Shown one piece after another: positions 1-7,615 of a stretch of DNA of 32,000 bases. A program made the position numbers and the translations under genes. This DNA comes from Thermodesulfobacteriota bacterium (GTDB taxonomy: Bacteria; Desulfobacterota; WTBG01; JAGOGO01): the NCBI GenBank assembly GCA_026625185.1, contig CP113000.1:3268547-3300546 (forward strand). Direction: 5' to 3'. The notes beneath the pieces are model-generated. The model saw only the letters and a program-made list of their open reading frames with translations, was not told the origin of the DNA and did no database searches. Numbering within the stretch: position 1 is the stretch's first letter; every line of letters begins with the position of its first letter.

Positions 1-3
1 GGG

Positions 4-330
4 ATGACGGTAAAATCCAAAGTGTGGATCGAAATCCAAGGTCTCCCTTTTTTTGGTGAGGGTAGAAGAGACCTTTTAAATAATATCGAAACCACCGGCT
101 CTATTTCTCAGGCCGCAAAACAGCTCGGCATTTCATATAAAAAGGCATGGAGTTATATTACTAGCATGGAAGGTCGCCTGGGCATTAATTTGGTAAAGAA
201 ACAAGTTGGAGGTAAAGGTGGAGGTGGTACGGCATTAACTGAGGAAGGAAAGGCTTTAATTGATAAATTCGACAAACTTCTGGCGGGTACTCAGGAGGCC
301 ATCGACATAAGTTTTAAAGAAATCTTTTAA
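4..330 (+). CDS. ModE-N-terminal-like winged-helix DNA-binding protein (no Mop/TOBE domain)
   Basis: 108-aa ORF. The pattern GSISQAAKQLGISYKKAWSYI followed by the glycine-rich GGKGGGGTxLTEEG is typical of the ModE N-terminal HTH domain. Assigned by motif recognition only. Confidence 0.6.
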   Translation: MTVKSKVWIEIQGLPFFGEGRRDLLNNIETTGSISQAAKQLGISYKKAWSYITSMEGRLGINLVKKQVGGKGGGGTALTEEGKALIDKFDKLLAGTQEAIDISFKEIF

Positions 331-372
331 ATTTTTTACCATTATCTATATAGTAAGGGAAAGGCGATTGTA

Positions 373-642
373 ATGGATTTAAAATTACTCATGAGCACAT
401 TTGTTTTAGTTTTTTTAGCAGAGTTGGGAGATAAAACCCAATTGGCTACTTTTTGTTTAGCGGCAAAAGATGGATCAAGAATTTCGGTCTTTTTAGGGGC
501 CGCCGGAGCATTGGTCTTGACCTCATTGATTGCGGTCAGTTGCGGCTTTTTGGTTGGTAACATCATCCCTCAGCACTATTTACGATTTGGCGCTGGTTTT
601 CTTTTTATAATTTTTGGATTTTTAATGCTCTTTTCAAAATAA
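373..642 (+). CDS. UPF0016 (GDT1/TMEM165) family membrane protein, single-domain form
   Basis: 89-aa hydrophobic ORF with about three TM segments. It carries one copy of the family signature E-x-G-D-K-T (AELGDKTQL). Confidence 0.7.
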   Translation: MDLKLLMSTFVLVFLAELGDKTQLATFCLAAKDGSRISVFLGAAGALVLTSLIAVSCGFLVGNIIPQHYLRFGAGFLFIIFGFLMLFSK

Positions 643-722
643 TAAAACATAATTACATTTCCTCGGTCTGTTCTTTTCATGGGAGAAGAAGGGATAATCA
701 CTTTATTAAATAGATATTGTCC

Positions 723-751
723 TTGCGAAAGGAAGGGCGTTTCTCTATAAT
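723..751 (+). promoter_or_regulatory. Candidate sigma70-type promoter for miaB
   Basis: TTGCGA at 723-728, a 17-nt spacer, then a perfect TATAAT at 746-751, about 37 nt upstream of the miaB ATG. Confidence 0.4.
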
Positions 752-787
752 ACTATTAATATTAGAGTGTTGTTTTAATAAATCACG

Positions 788-2104
788 ATGGCTCCTCAGT
801 TGGTCTACATAAAAACTTTCGGGTGTCAGATGAATGAACATGATTCTGAGAATATCCTTAACCTGTTGGCGTCCGTTGATTACCAATCAACACCCGACCC
901 CGAGAAAGCTGACCTTATTCTTATTAATACGTGTAGCGTGAGAGAAAAATCTGAACAAAAAGTTTATAGTTTACTCGGACGGTTAAAAAGGCATAAAAAA
1001 AATGGGAGGATACTTCTGGGAGTCGGAGGCTGTGTAGCCCAATTGGAAGGGTACAAACTGCTGGAAAGGGCTCCGTATGTTGACTTGGTTTTTGGAACCA
1101 ATAATATCCACCGTCTGCCCGAATTGATTAGAACCGCTCGACAAGCGAAAAAAGCCCAGGTTGCCACGGAATTCCACGAAGATTCCCCGTGTCATCCCTT
1201 ACCCGAACTCTCCAAACCTTTTCAGGTGAAGGCCTATGTAACCATTATGGAGGGATGTGATAACTTCTGTTCTTTTTGTGTTGTTCCATTTGTGCGGGGC
1301 AGAGAAAAAAGTCGTCCCAGTTCCGAAATCCTCAAAGAAGTTCGCGGACTCGTAATCGAAGGAGTTAAAGAGGTGACTCTTTTGGGACAAAACGTAAATT
1401 CATACGGCGCAAATGTGGCAGGAGAGCTAAGCTTTTCCGGGCTTCTTAAGGAATTAAATAAAATCGACGGACTCCAGCGAATCCGATTTACCACCTCACA
1501 TCCCAAAGACCTCTGTGAAGAATTAATCGCCTGTTTTGAAGATCAACCAAAACTTTGCCCTCATATTCATCTCCCGTTGCAATCAGGCTCTGACCGGATT
1601 TTAAAAATGATGAATCGGGGTTATACCCGAGAAGAGTATCTTTTAAAAATTAAGAGACTACGAGCCGTTTGTCCCGGGATTGGTATTACAACCGACCTCA
1701 TCGTCGGCTTTCCCGGAGAAACCGAAAAAGATTTTCAAGCGACACTGGATATGGTAACTGAAATCGAATATGATGAATTCTTTTCATTTAAATATTCTGA
1801 TCGTCCAAAAACCCAAGCTTCTCAATACCCGGATAAATTGCCGGAAGAAGAAAAAGCTCGTCGGCTTTCTATCCTTCAGGATAAGCAAAAGTCCATTACC
1901 CTTAAAAAGAATAGAACCCTGGTCGGCAAAACCATGGCAGTGCTGGTTGAGGGAGAAAGCAAAAAAGACCCTCTCCACGTGAGCGGCCGGAGCGGTACTA
2001 ATAAGGTGGTCAATTTTGAAGGAACATTGGGTTTACAAGGAAAAATTGTCTTGGTAAAAATTTTAACCGCTCACCCTCATTCATTGTTTGGTTGCTTAAC
2101 TTAA
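788..2104 (+). CDS. miaB: tRNA-2-methylthio-N6-dimethylallyladenosine synthase (radical-SAM methylthiotransferase)
   Basis: 438 aa. It has an N-terminal MTTase domain (YIKTFGCQMNEHDSE), a radical-SAM CxxxCxxC motif (CDNFCSFCVVP) and a C-terminal TRAM-like end. Length is typical of MiaB. Confidence 0.9.
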   Translation: MAPQLVYIKTFGCQMNEHDSENILNLLASVDYQSTPDPEKADLILINTCSVREKSEQKVYSLLGRLKRHKKNGRILLGVGGCVAQLEGYKLLERAPYVDLVFGTNNIHRLPELIRTARQAKKAQVATEFHEDSPCHPLPELSKPFQVKAYVTIMEGCDNFCSFCVVPFVRGREKSRPSSEILKEVRGLVIEGVKEVTLLGQNVNSYGANVAGELSFSGLLKELNKIDGLQRIRFTTSHPKDLCEELIACFEDQPKLCPHIHLPLQSGSDRILKMMNRGYTREEYLLKIKRLRAVCPGIGITTDLIVGFPGETEKDFQATLDMVTEIEYDEFFSFKYSDRPKTQASQYPDKLPEEEKARRLSILQDKQKSITLKKNRTLVGKTMAVLVEGESKKDPLHVSGRSGTNKVVNFEGTLGLQGKIVLVKILTAHPHSLFGCLT

Positions 2105-2137
2105 TAAGTTTACAGCATTATTCCAAAGGAGGTCAAG

Positions 2138-2644
2138 ATGTTCATTGAAATGAAAGTTGCTGGTATCACGATGGATCCGTTCAGCAATACTCCCATTGTC
2201 ATTCTCAAAGATATTCAGGGTAAAACCGCTTTACCTATCTGGATTGGTATCTTAGAGGCAAGTGCTATCGCCACTGAATTAGGTGACGTTAAACCGCCTC
2301 GACCAATGACCCATGACCTTTTAAAAAACATGCTTGAAAAATTGAACGCTAGGGTTACAAAAATCGAAGTAAACGATTTAAAGGACAACACTTTTTTTGC
2401 CACCATCTATCTTTCCCTGGTTGACAAGATATTTAGTATTGATGCGCGTCCAAGCGATGCTATCGCCCTCGCTTTAAGAACAAATTCACCGATCTACGTC
2501 AATGAGAAAGTGGTTGAAGATTCCCGGACAGTTAATGTGGGCAAAGAAGAAAAATTGCTCAACGAAGCTGCCAATGAAGAACAAAAGTGGCGGGAGATTT
2601 TAGAAAATTTATCCCCGGATGATTTTGGCAAATACAAGATGTGA
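2138..2644 (+). CDS. Bifunctional nuclease family protein (DUF151/BFN)
   Basis: 168 aa, with an AAGGAGG RBS just upstream. The N-terminal pattern PIVILKD...ALPIWIGxxEAxAI and the later DARPSDAIALAL are characteristic of the DUF151 family. Confidence 0.75.
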   Translation: MFIEMKVAGITMDPFSNTPIVILKDIQGKTALPIWIGILEASAIATELGDVKPPRPMTHDLLKNMLEKLNARVTKIEVNDLKDNTFFATIYLSLVDKIFSIDARPSDAIALALRTNSPIYVNEKVVEDSRTVNVGKEEKLLNEAANEEQKWREILENLSPDDFGKYKM

Positions 2645-2690
2645 TTAGCCTCCCGGTTTTTCTTTTGGCAATTTATTAATTTTACCGGGG

Positions 2691-2804
2691 TTCACCCAGT
2701 TAGAAGGATTTCACACGAGGTATTCAGCCCGTTAGAAAATTTTCTAATGGGATTTCTCCCGTGCTTCGTTACCCCGTTTGAGATTTGATATCTAACGGGG
2801 TGAA
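2691..2804 (-). repeat. Intergenic inverted-repeat element, copy C (inverted relative to copies A and B)
   Basis: The termini TTCACCCAGTTAGA (2691-2704) and TCTAACGGGGTGAA (2791-2804) are 13/14 complementary. The interior has a near-palindrome CCCGTTAGAAAATTTTCTAATGGG. CCCGTGCTTC is the reverse complement of the GAAGCACGGG core seen in copies A and B. Confidence 0.6.
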
Positions 2805-2832
2805 AAAAAATTTTATTAGAGAGCAACCCGTC

Positions 2833-3489
2833 ATGATTGATTTACACACGCATTCTCTTTTTAGCGATGGGGTTTTGATCCCTGCGGAGTTGGTGCAACG
2901 GGCCAAGGCAAAAGGCTATGAGGCGCTCGCGATCACTGACCACGCGGATCGCTCCAACCTCGATTGGATCATTGCCCGGATTGTCCGTTTTTGTGAAGAT
3001 TTTAAAAAGAAAAGTGATTTTAACGTGTTCCCGGGAATTGAACTTACTCACGTTTTGCCTGAGACCATCTTTCCCCTTACTCAGGAGGCGAGAAAGTTAG
3101 GAGCTCAAGTGGTCGTGGTACACGGTGAAACCATTGTGGAACCAGTGCCTCCAGGCACAAACCGGGCGGCATTGGAAGCGGGAGTCGACATATTGGCGCA
3201 TCCTGGACTGATTTCCAAAACCGAAGTTTTATTAGCAAAAGGTAAAGGAATCCTGCTGGAAATTTCAGCACGCAGAGGCCACTGCCTGACCAATGGTCAT
3301 GTTGCCAGGCTTGCCAAAGATGTTGGCGCCCCTCTCATTCTCGATACTGATGCCCATGAACCGGAAGACCTGCTCGACTCTGCCCAAGCCCTCCGAGTGA
3401 TTCTGGGAGCAGGTCTTGTTGAGGCGGATTGGGAGAACATTCAAAAAAACGCGAAAAATTTTGTGGGGAGAATTTTAACTGAAAAATAA
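2833..3489 (+). CDS. PHP-family metal-dependent phosphoesterase (histidinol-phosphatase-like)
   Basis: Metal-ligand motifs are present: IDLHTHSLFSDG, AITDHA, VVVHGE and DTDAHEPE. I place the start at the ATG at 2833 (MIDLHTH). The longer ORF-track start at 2785 would run into the repeat element. Confidence 0.75.
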   Translation: MIDLHTHSLFSDGVLIPAELVQRAKAKGYEALAITDHADRSNLDWIIARIVRFCEDFKKKSDFNVFPGIELTHVLPETIFPLTQEARKLGAQVVVVHGETIVEPVPPGTNRAALEAGVDILAHPGLISKTEVLLAKGKGILLEISARRGHCLTNGHVARLAKDVGAPLILDTDAHEPEDLLDSAQALRVILGAGLVEADWENIQKNAKNFVGRILTEK

Positions 3490-3556
3490 TGCCCGCTCGT
3501 AAAAACAGGGGGATGTCTTCCGCACGCATGGGTTACCTTCATCCGGCATTCGTATT

Positions 3557-4489
3557 ATGGCACATCACCACCATCATCATGAAAAAAACGACCAGGCCTT
3601 AAAACTCCACGACCCTTCTCATCGGCACCATCAGGACAAAGTTCCCCTTATCATCGTCCTTGCTCTCACCATTATCTTTTTTTTCGTGGAACTTTTGGGT
3701 GGTTTATGGACAAAGAGTCTAGCCCTTTTATCGGACGCTTTCCATATGCTTTCCGATATTGCCGCTCTCGGGTTAGCGTTTTTTGCTCTTTGGGCCTCCG
3801 GTAAACCCGCGCACGCGAAAAAAACTTTTGGTTATTATCGGGCCGAGGTCCTTGTCGCTTTCATAAACGGAACCGCTCTGGTGGTAATCGCCCTCATGAT
3901 CTTTCATGAAGCGTACCAGCGGATGCGTGTCCCGGTAAACGTCAAAAGCATCCCCCTGTTGGTGATTGCCTCTGCGGGCCTGATAGTTAACCTTATCGGG
4001 GCCTATGCTCTTTCCCGGGGAGGAAAAGAAAATATCAATATCCGGGGAGCCTTTATCCACGTGCTCGGTGATGCGCTCGGTTCCCTGGGGGCAATAGGCG
4101 CGGGGGTGGTTATCTGGCTGAAACGCTGGATGTGGTTTGACCCTTTAGTAAGTTTTTTTATCGGAGGTATCATTATTTATAGCGCGTGGCGGCTTTTGTG
4201 GGATACCATCCACATTTTAATGCAGGGAGTTCCCGGACACATTGATCTCGAAGAAATAAAAAAATCGATGGCGCACGTGGAGGGAGTAAAATCAATCTGC
4301 GACCTTCATGTCTGGACCTTAACCTCACATGTTGAAATGCTCAGCGCTCATGTGGTTGTGGAAAATGTCCTCCAGAGCATGGTGATTTTAAAAAAGCTCC
4401 AGAAAAACCTGCAGGAATGCTATGGGATAGAGCACGTTACCATCCAGATCGAGGATGATTCCCTAGGAACCTGTAATTATTTCGTTTAA
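3557..4489 (+). CDS. Cation diffusion facilitator (CzcD/ZitB-type) metal efflux transporter with a His-rich N-terminus
   Basis: 310 aa with six hydrophobic segments. CDF metal-site motifs are present: HMLSDIAA in TM2 and HVLGDALGS in TM5. A C-terminal cytoplasmic domain follows. The N-terminus is MAHHHHHHE...HDPSHRHHQD. Confidence 0.85.
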   Translation: MAHHHHHHEKNDQALKLHDPSHRHHQDKVPLIIVLALTIIFFFVELLGGLWTKSLALLSDAFHMLSDIAALGLAFFALWASGKPAHAKKTFGYYRAEVLVAFINGTALVVIALMIFHEAYQRMRVPVNVKSIPLLVIASAGLIVNLIGAYALSRGGKENINIRGAFIHVLGDALGSLGAIGAGVVIWLKRWMWFDPLVSFFIGGIIIYSAWRLLWDTIHILMQGVPGHIDLEEIKKSMAHVEGVKSICDLHVWTLTSHVEMLSAHVVVENVLQSMVILKKLQKNLQECYGIEHVTIQIEDDSLGTCNYFV

Positions 4490-4545
4490 AACCTTAGGCT
4501 TTTCACTTGGAAATTATTCTCCCATTCCTTGAAGAATTAAGTTAC

Positions 4546-4676
4546 TCTTAGAAAACCCCCGCTTGTCTGTCAGATGTCAAATATCTAACGGGTTAAAGAA
4601 GCACGGGGTAACATTAAAGATTTTTACCCTTTTTCACAAAGGGTAAATGCCCAGTTTTAAAGCCTTCTAACGGGTT
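4546..4676 (+). repeat. Intergenic inverted-repeat element, copy A
   Basis: It shares a roughly 56-nt core (GAAGCACGGGGTAAC..TTAAAGATTTTTACCCTTTTTCACAAAGGGTAAATGCCC) with copy B at about 86% identity by hand alignment. It contains TCTAACGGG twice and a degenerate left end, CTTAGAAAACCCCC. Confidence 0.6.
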
Positions 4677-4758
4677 TTACTCGAATAGTTCTTTTTATTT
4701 TTTTTCGTTTATGATACGCCATGTTCTCTTGAGGCCTTTTTTTCCCAAAATAATTATC

Positions 4759-4787
4759 TTGCCAGAAAAGGGGAATGAGTTTAAAGT
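4759..4787 (+). promoter_or_regulatory. Candidate sigma70-type promoter inside a gene-free gap
   Basis: TTGCCA at 4759-4764, a 17-nt spacer, then TAAAGT at 4782-4787. No ORF of 60 aa or more lies downstream before tRNA-Ser. Confidence 0.3.
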
Positions 4788-4840
4788 GCTAAAATATTAT
4801 TTCATGGTTCTTTTGTGGTGTCATTTTTCACCTCGTTTCT

Positions 4841-4961
4841 GAGACTGTCTCACAAATCAAAATAGGGGGGTAGCTGCAACTTTTAGGCTGGGTAACCCAT
4901 TGATCCGAGAAACGCAAGCTAAAGCTTGCGGCTACCAAAATACGTATTATGACACAGTCTC
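4841..4961 (+). ncRNA. Candidate structured RNA of unknown class
   Basis: The outer stem GAGACTGTCTCA (4841-4852) pairs with TGACACAGTCTC (4950-4961) at 11/12 positions. The inner stem GGTAGCTGCAA (4869-4879) pairs with TTGCGGCTACC (4926-4936) over 11 bp including one G-U. The two stems are separated by 16-nt and 13-nt internal loops. Local hairpins TGGG-TAA-CCCA and GCAAGC-TAAA-GCTTGC also occur. Confidence 0.25.
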
Positions 4962-5064
4962 TTTGTCGTAATGGTTTATTACGTAAACGCAGATCAGCTA
5001 TTATAAATAAAAATAAATTTACTAAACTATCTGAAAAGTATCATGAAATTTCCTTTTGTTTACC

Positions 5065-5158
5065 GGAGAGATGACCGAGCTGGCCGAAGGTGCACGACTG
5101 GAAATCGTGTGTACTCCCAAAAGGTGTACCGAGGGTTCGAATCCCTCTCTCTCCGCCA
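5065..5158 (+). tRNA. tRNA-Ser (anticodon GGA), class II with a long variable arm and an encoded CCA
   Basis: Acceptor stem GGAGAGA/TCTCTCC. Anticodon stem CACGA/TCGTG with loop CTGGAAA. T arm GAGGG-TTCGAATC-CCCTC. Discriminator G followed by CCA. Confidence 0.9.
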
Positions 5159-5163
5159 TGTTT

Positions 5164-5269
5164 GCGATAGCCGGGTCCTGCGCAACGAAATATTACGAAC
5201 CCCGTCAGATCCGGAAGGAAGCAGCGGTAGTAAATCATTTCGTGTGCCGCAGGGAAACCTGGCTATCGT
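5164..5269 (+). ncRNA. ffs: Signal recognition particle RNA (small/4.5S type)
   Basis: It contains the conserved helix-8 sequence GTCAGATCCGGAAGGAAGCAGC (compare E. coli GUCAGGUCCGGAAGGAAGCAGC). The ends GCGATAGCC and GGCTATCGT pair, as do CCTGCGCAACG and CGTGTGCCGCAGG. It sits just upstream of dnaX, which is a common arrangement. Confidence 0.85.
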
Positions 5270-5446
5270 TAAAAAAAAGAAGTCAGGAGACAGGAGTTAG
5301 AATAAAAAAACATTGGATTCCGTTAAGCCTTTTTTAAACGAAATTATTCTGACTTCTGACGCCGGTCTCCTAAAAAAAATTAATCGGCCACCAAACTGGA
5401 CAAAGCCGTCAAACTAAAATCAATCGTTAACCTCCCCCAGCTGCAC

Positions 5447-7129
5447 ATGTCTTACTTAGTTTTAGCCCGAAAGTGGAGGCCCCAAAGATTCGAAGAGGTT
5501 GTGGGGCAGCAGCCAATTATCCAGACCTTGCAAAATGCCATTCGAAGCAAGCGAGTGGCCCAGGCTTTCCTTTTTGCCGGTCCTCGCGGAGTTGGCAAAA
5601 CCTCCGTTGCCCGCATACTGGCTAAAGCCCTCAATTGCGTAAATGGTCCTACCCCAACCCCCTGCAATCAATGCGATGCTTGCTCAGAAATCACCAAAAC
5701 GATAGCGCCTGATGTTTTTGAAATTGACGGAGCCTCCAATACCGGCGTGGATCACGTAAGAGATCTGCAGGAAACCATAAAATATCTTCCCCAGAAATAT
5801 CGCTATAAAGTTTATATTGTTGATGAAGTACACATGCTCTCTACCCCGGCCTTTAATGCTTTTTTAAAGACTTTGGAAGAGCCGCCAGCGCACGTTATTT
5901 TCATTTTTGCCACCACTGAACCCCATAAAATAATCGAAACGGTTATTGATCGGTGTCAGCGGTATGACTTTAAAAAAATCCCCTCACTCCTTATCTTTGA
6001 AAAATTACAGGCATTAGCCAAGGATGAAGAAATAACCATAAACTCCAACGCGCTTCAGCTTATTTCCCGGGAGGCAGACGGCAGCCTCCGGGATGCCCAG
6101 GGCTTGTTAGACCAGGTTATCACCTATGCGGGAAAGGAAGTTACAGACGAAGATGTCGCTGAAATTCTGGGCATCGTTGATACCAAAGTCTTATTTGAAA
6201 TCTCAAACGCAGTGTTCGACCAAAACTTAAAAAAATGTCTTGAAATCATCGAACATGTTTTCACCTATGGTATAGATGTCCGCCAATTTTATCGGGGGCT
6301 TTTAGAACATTTCCGGAATTTAATGGTGGCTAAAATCAGCACGAATCCTCAGCTCTTCCCAGATCTTTCTCCAAAAAAAATCGAAGAATTAACCAACCAG
6401 ATTCTGAAAATGAATTTGGAAAAACTTCAATTGATTTTAAAAATCCTAATCGAGAGCGAAGGATATATTTACCGGGCGCCCTTGCCTCGAGTCATTTTAG
6501 AGGCCATCATCCTTCGTTTAGCTACCATCCCCCCTGTTGCCTCATTAAAAGAAATTCTGGAACGGTTGGGTAAGCTACAAGAAAAGCTTGGGAATAGTGG
6601 TGGTTTAATGTCTCAGGCTTCTCCCGTCACATCACCCGTATCAGTTTCGAAAACTCAAAAACAAACTTTTCCCCAAACATCAACCGAGGAAACCGCTCCC
6701 TCTTCTTCCTCATTCCCGGATGATAACGCACGCGGATGCGATATGCTTTTAGAGGAAACCTGGAAAGAGCTTCTTGCGTTTATCCGCACGAAAAAACCGC
6801 CACTGGCTTCGTTCCTTGAACATGGTACGCTGGCACGTTTGACGTCGGGCTCCATTGAAATCGGATTTCCAAAAAAATCCTTTTTTCTTGAGCGCATCCA
6901 GGAACAAACCAAAAAACAAGAACTGATACAAATCTGTGAGGAATTCTTTGGAGCAAAAAAAAAGGTTACTATTCATGTCGTTACAACAAAAGATGAAGAA
7001 AAGAAGAATGTGCATCTATCCCTTGCCCAAAAAAATGAAAAAATCAGAAATGAAGCTAAGAATCATCCTTTGGTGAAAGAAGCACTCGCAATTTTTGAAG
7101 GAAATATCACCGAAATAAAACTTAAATAA
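5447..7129 (+). CDS. dnaX: DNA polymerase III subunit gamma/tau
   Basis: 560 aa. Motifs: Walker A GPRGVGKTS, Walker B VDEVHML, a Cys zinc module (CNQCDAC) and the sensor motif GSLRDAQ. A Ser/Pro-rich linker and a C-terminal domain follow. Confidence 0.9.
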   Translation: MSYLVLARKWRPQRFEEVVGQQPIIQTLQNAIRSKRVAQAFLFAGPRGVGKTSVARILAKALNCVNGPTPTPCNQCDACSEITKTIAPDVFEIDGASNTGVDHVRDLQETIKYLPQKYRYKVYIVDEVHMLSTPAFNAFLKTLEEPPAHVIFIFATTEPHKIIETVIDRCQRYDFKKIPSLLIFEKLQALAKDEEITINSNALQLISREADGSLRDAQGLLDQVITYAGKEVTDEDVAEILGIVDTKVLFEISNAVFDQNLKKCLEIIEHVFTYGIDVRQFYRGLLEHFRNLMVAKISTNPQLFPDLSPKKIEELTNQILKMNLEKLQLILKILIESEGYIYRAPLPRVILEAIILRLATIPPVASLKEILERLGKLQEKLGNSGGLMSQASPVTSPVSVSKTQKQTFPQTSTEETAPSSSSFPDDNARGCDMLLEETWKELLAFIRTKKPPLASFLEHGTLARLTSGSIEIGFPKKSFFLERIQEQTKKQELIQICEEFFGAKKKVTIHVVTTKDEEKKNVHLSLAQKNEKIRNEAKNHPLVKEALAIFEGNITEIKLK

Positions 7130-7150
7130 TTACGTAAAGGAGGTAAGCAC

Positions 7151-7471
7151 GTGGTTAAGGGAATTGGTGAATTAGTCAGACAAGCCCAAAAACTCCAATC
7201 TCAGATGGCCAAAGTCCAGGAAGAAATGGCCGCAAAAACAGTTGAAGGTTCGGCGGGCGGAGGCATGGTCACGGTTATTGCCAATGGCAAGCAAGAGGTT
7301 ATGAGCATTAAAATTGATCCTGAGGTGGTTGACCCCAATGACATCGAAATGTTACAAGATCTAGTAGTAGCAGCAGCTAATGACGCTCTTAAAAAAGCCC
7401 AAGAAATGGTGACGAACGAAATGAGCAAGCTTACGGGTGGACTGAATCTTAACCTTCCAGGACTTTTTTAA
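7151..7471 (+). CDS. ybaB: Nucleoid-associated protein, YbaB/EbfC family
   Basis: 106 aa with a GTG start 7 nt after an AGGAGG RBS. The pattern [16 protein letters not shown]...[12 protein letters not shown] is typical. It occupies the conserved position between dnaX and recR. Confidence 0.9.
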   Translation: MVKGIGELVRQAQKLQSQMAKVQEEMAAKTVEGSAGGGMVTVIANGKQEVMSIKIDPEVVDPNDIEMLQDLVVAAANDALKKAQEMVTNEMSKLTGGLNLNLPGLF

Positions 7472-7474
7472 TTT

Positions 7475-7577
7475 ACCCCGTTAGAAAATCCCCTTGCGGA
7501 AGCACAGGGTACTTTTAAAGATTCTTACACTTTTTCACACCGGGTAAATGCCCCATGTGAACCCCTACTAACGGGGT
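7475..7577 (+). repeat. Intergenic inverted-repeat element, copy B
   Basis: Perfect 10-bp terminal inverted repeats: ACCCCGTTAG (7475-7484) and CTAACGGGGT (7568-7577). It starts 4 nt after the ybaB stop codon. Its core is homologous to copy A. Confidence 0.65.
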
Positions 7578-7615
7578 TTATTTTCGCTAACGTTATTTAA
7601 TTCCGGAGGCAAAAT

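Noticed and set aside
3490-3556. Possible metal riboswitches: a NiCo/czcD motif upstream of the CDF gene, and yybP-ykoY upstream of the UPF0016 gene at 331-372.
   Set aside because: The leaders are only about 66 nt and 42 nt, too short for these riboswitch classes. I could not recognise their conserved cores.
3557-3583. The N-terminus MAHHHHHHE looks like an engineered His6 tag.
   Set aside because: It continues into a natural His-rich stretch (HDPSHRHHQD). The surrounding context is native chromosome, and His-rich termini are common in CDF metal exporters.
5041-5337. ORF-track entries 5041-5238 (-), 5043-5300 (+) and 5056-5337 (+).
   Set aside because: They overlap tRNA-Ser and SRP RNA and are translation artefacts of structured RNA genes.
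5349-5359. CTGACTTCTGA recurs at 14489-14499, in both cases in spacers near RNA genes.
   Set aside because: The match is only 11-12 nt. Several such matches are expected by chance in 32 kb, and the flanks do not align.
6955-6964. An A9 run forms the classic A-AAA-AAG slippery heptamer inside dnaX, with a GGAG about 10 nt upstream. A -1 shift would terminate after about 10 codons.
   Set aside because: The site is at codon ~505 of 560, inside the C-terminal domain. A gamma-like product should end right after domain III (around residues 365-430). No downstream stem-loop is evident, and A-runs are common in this AT-rich sequence. It most likely just encodes KKK.
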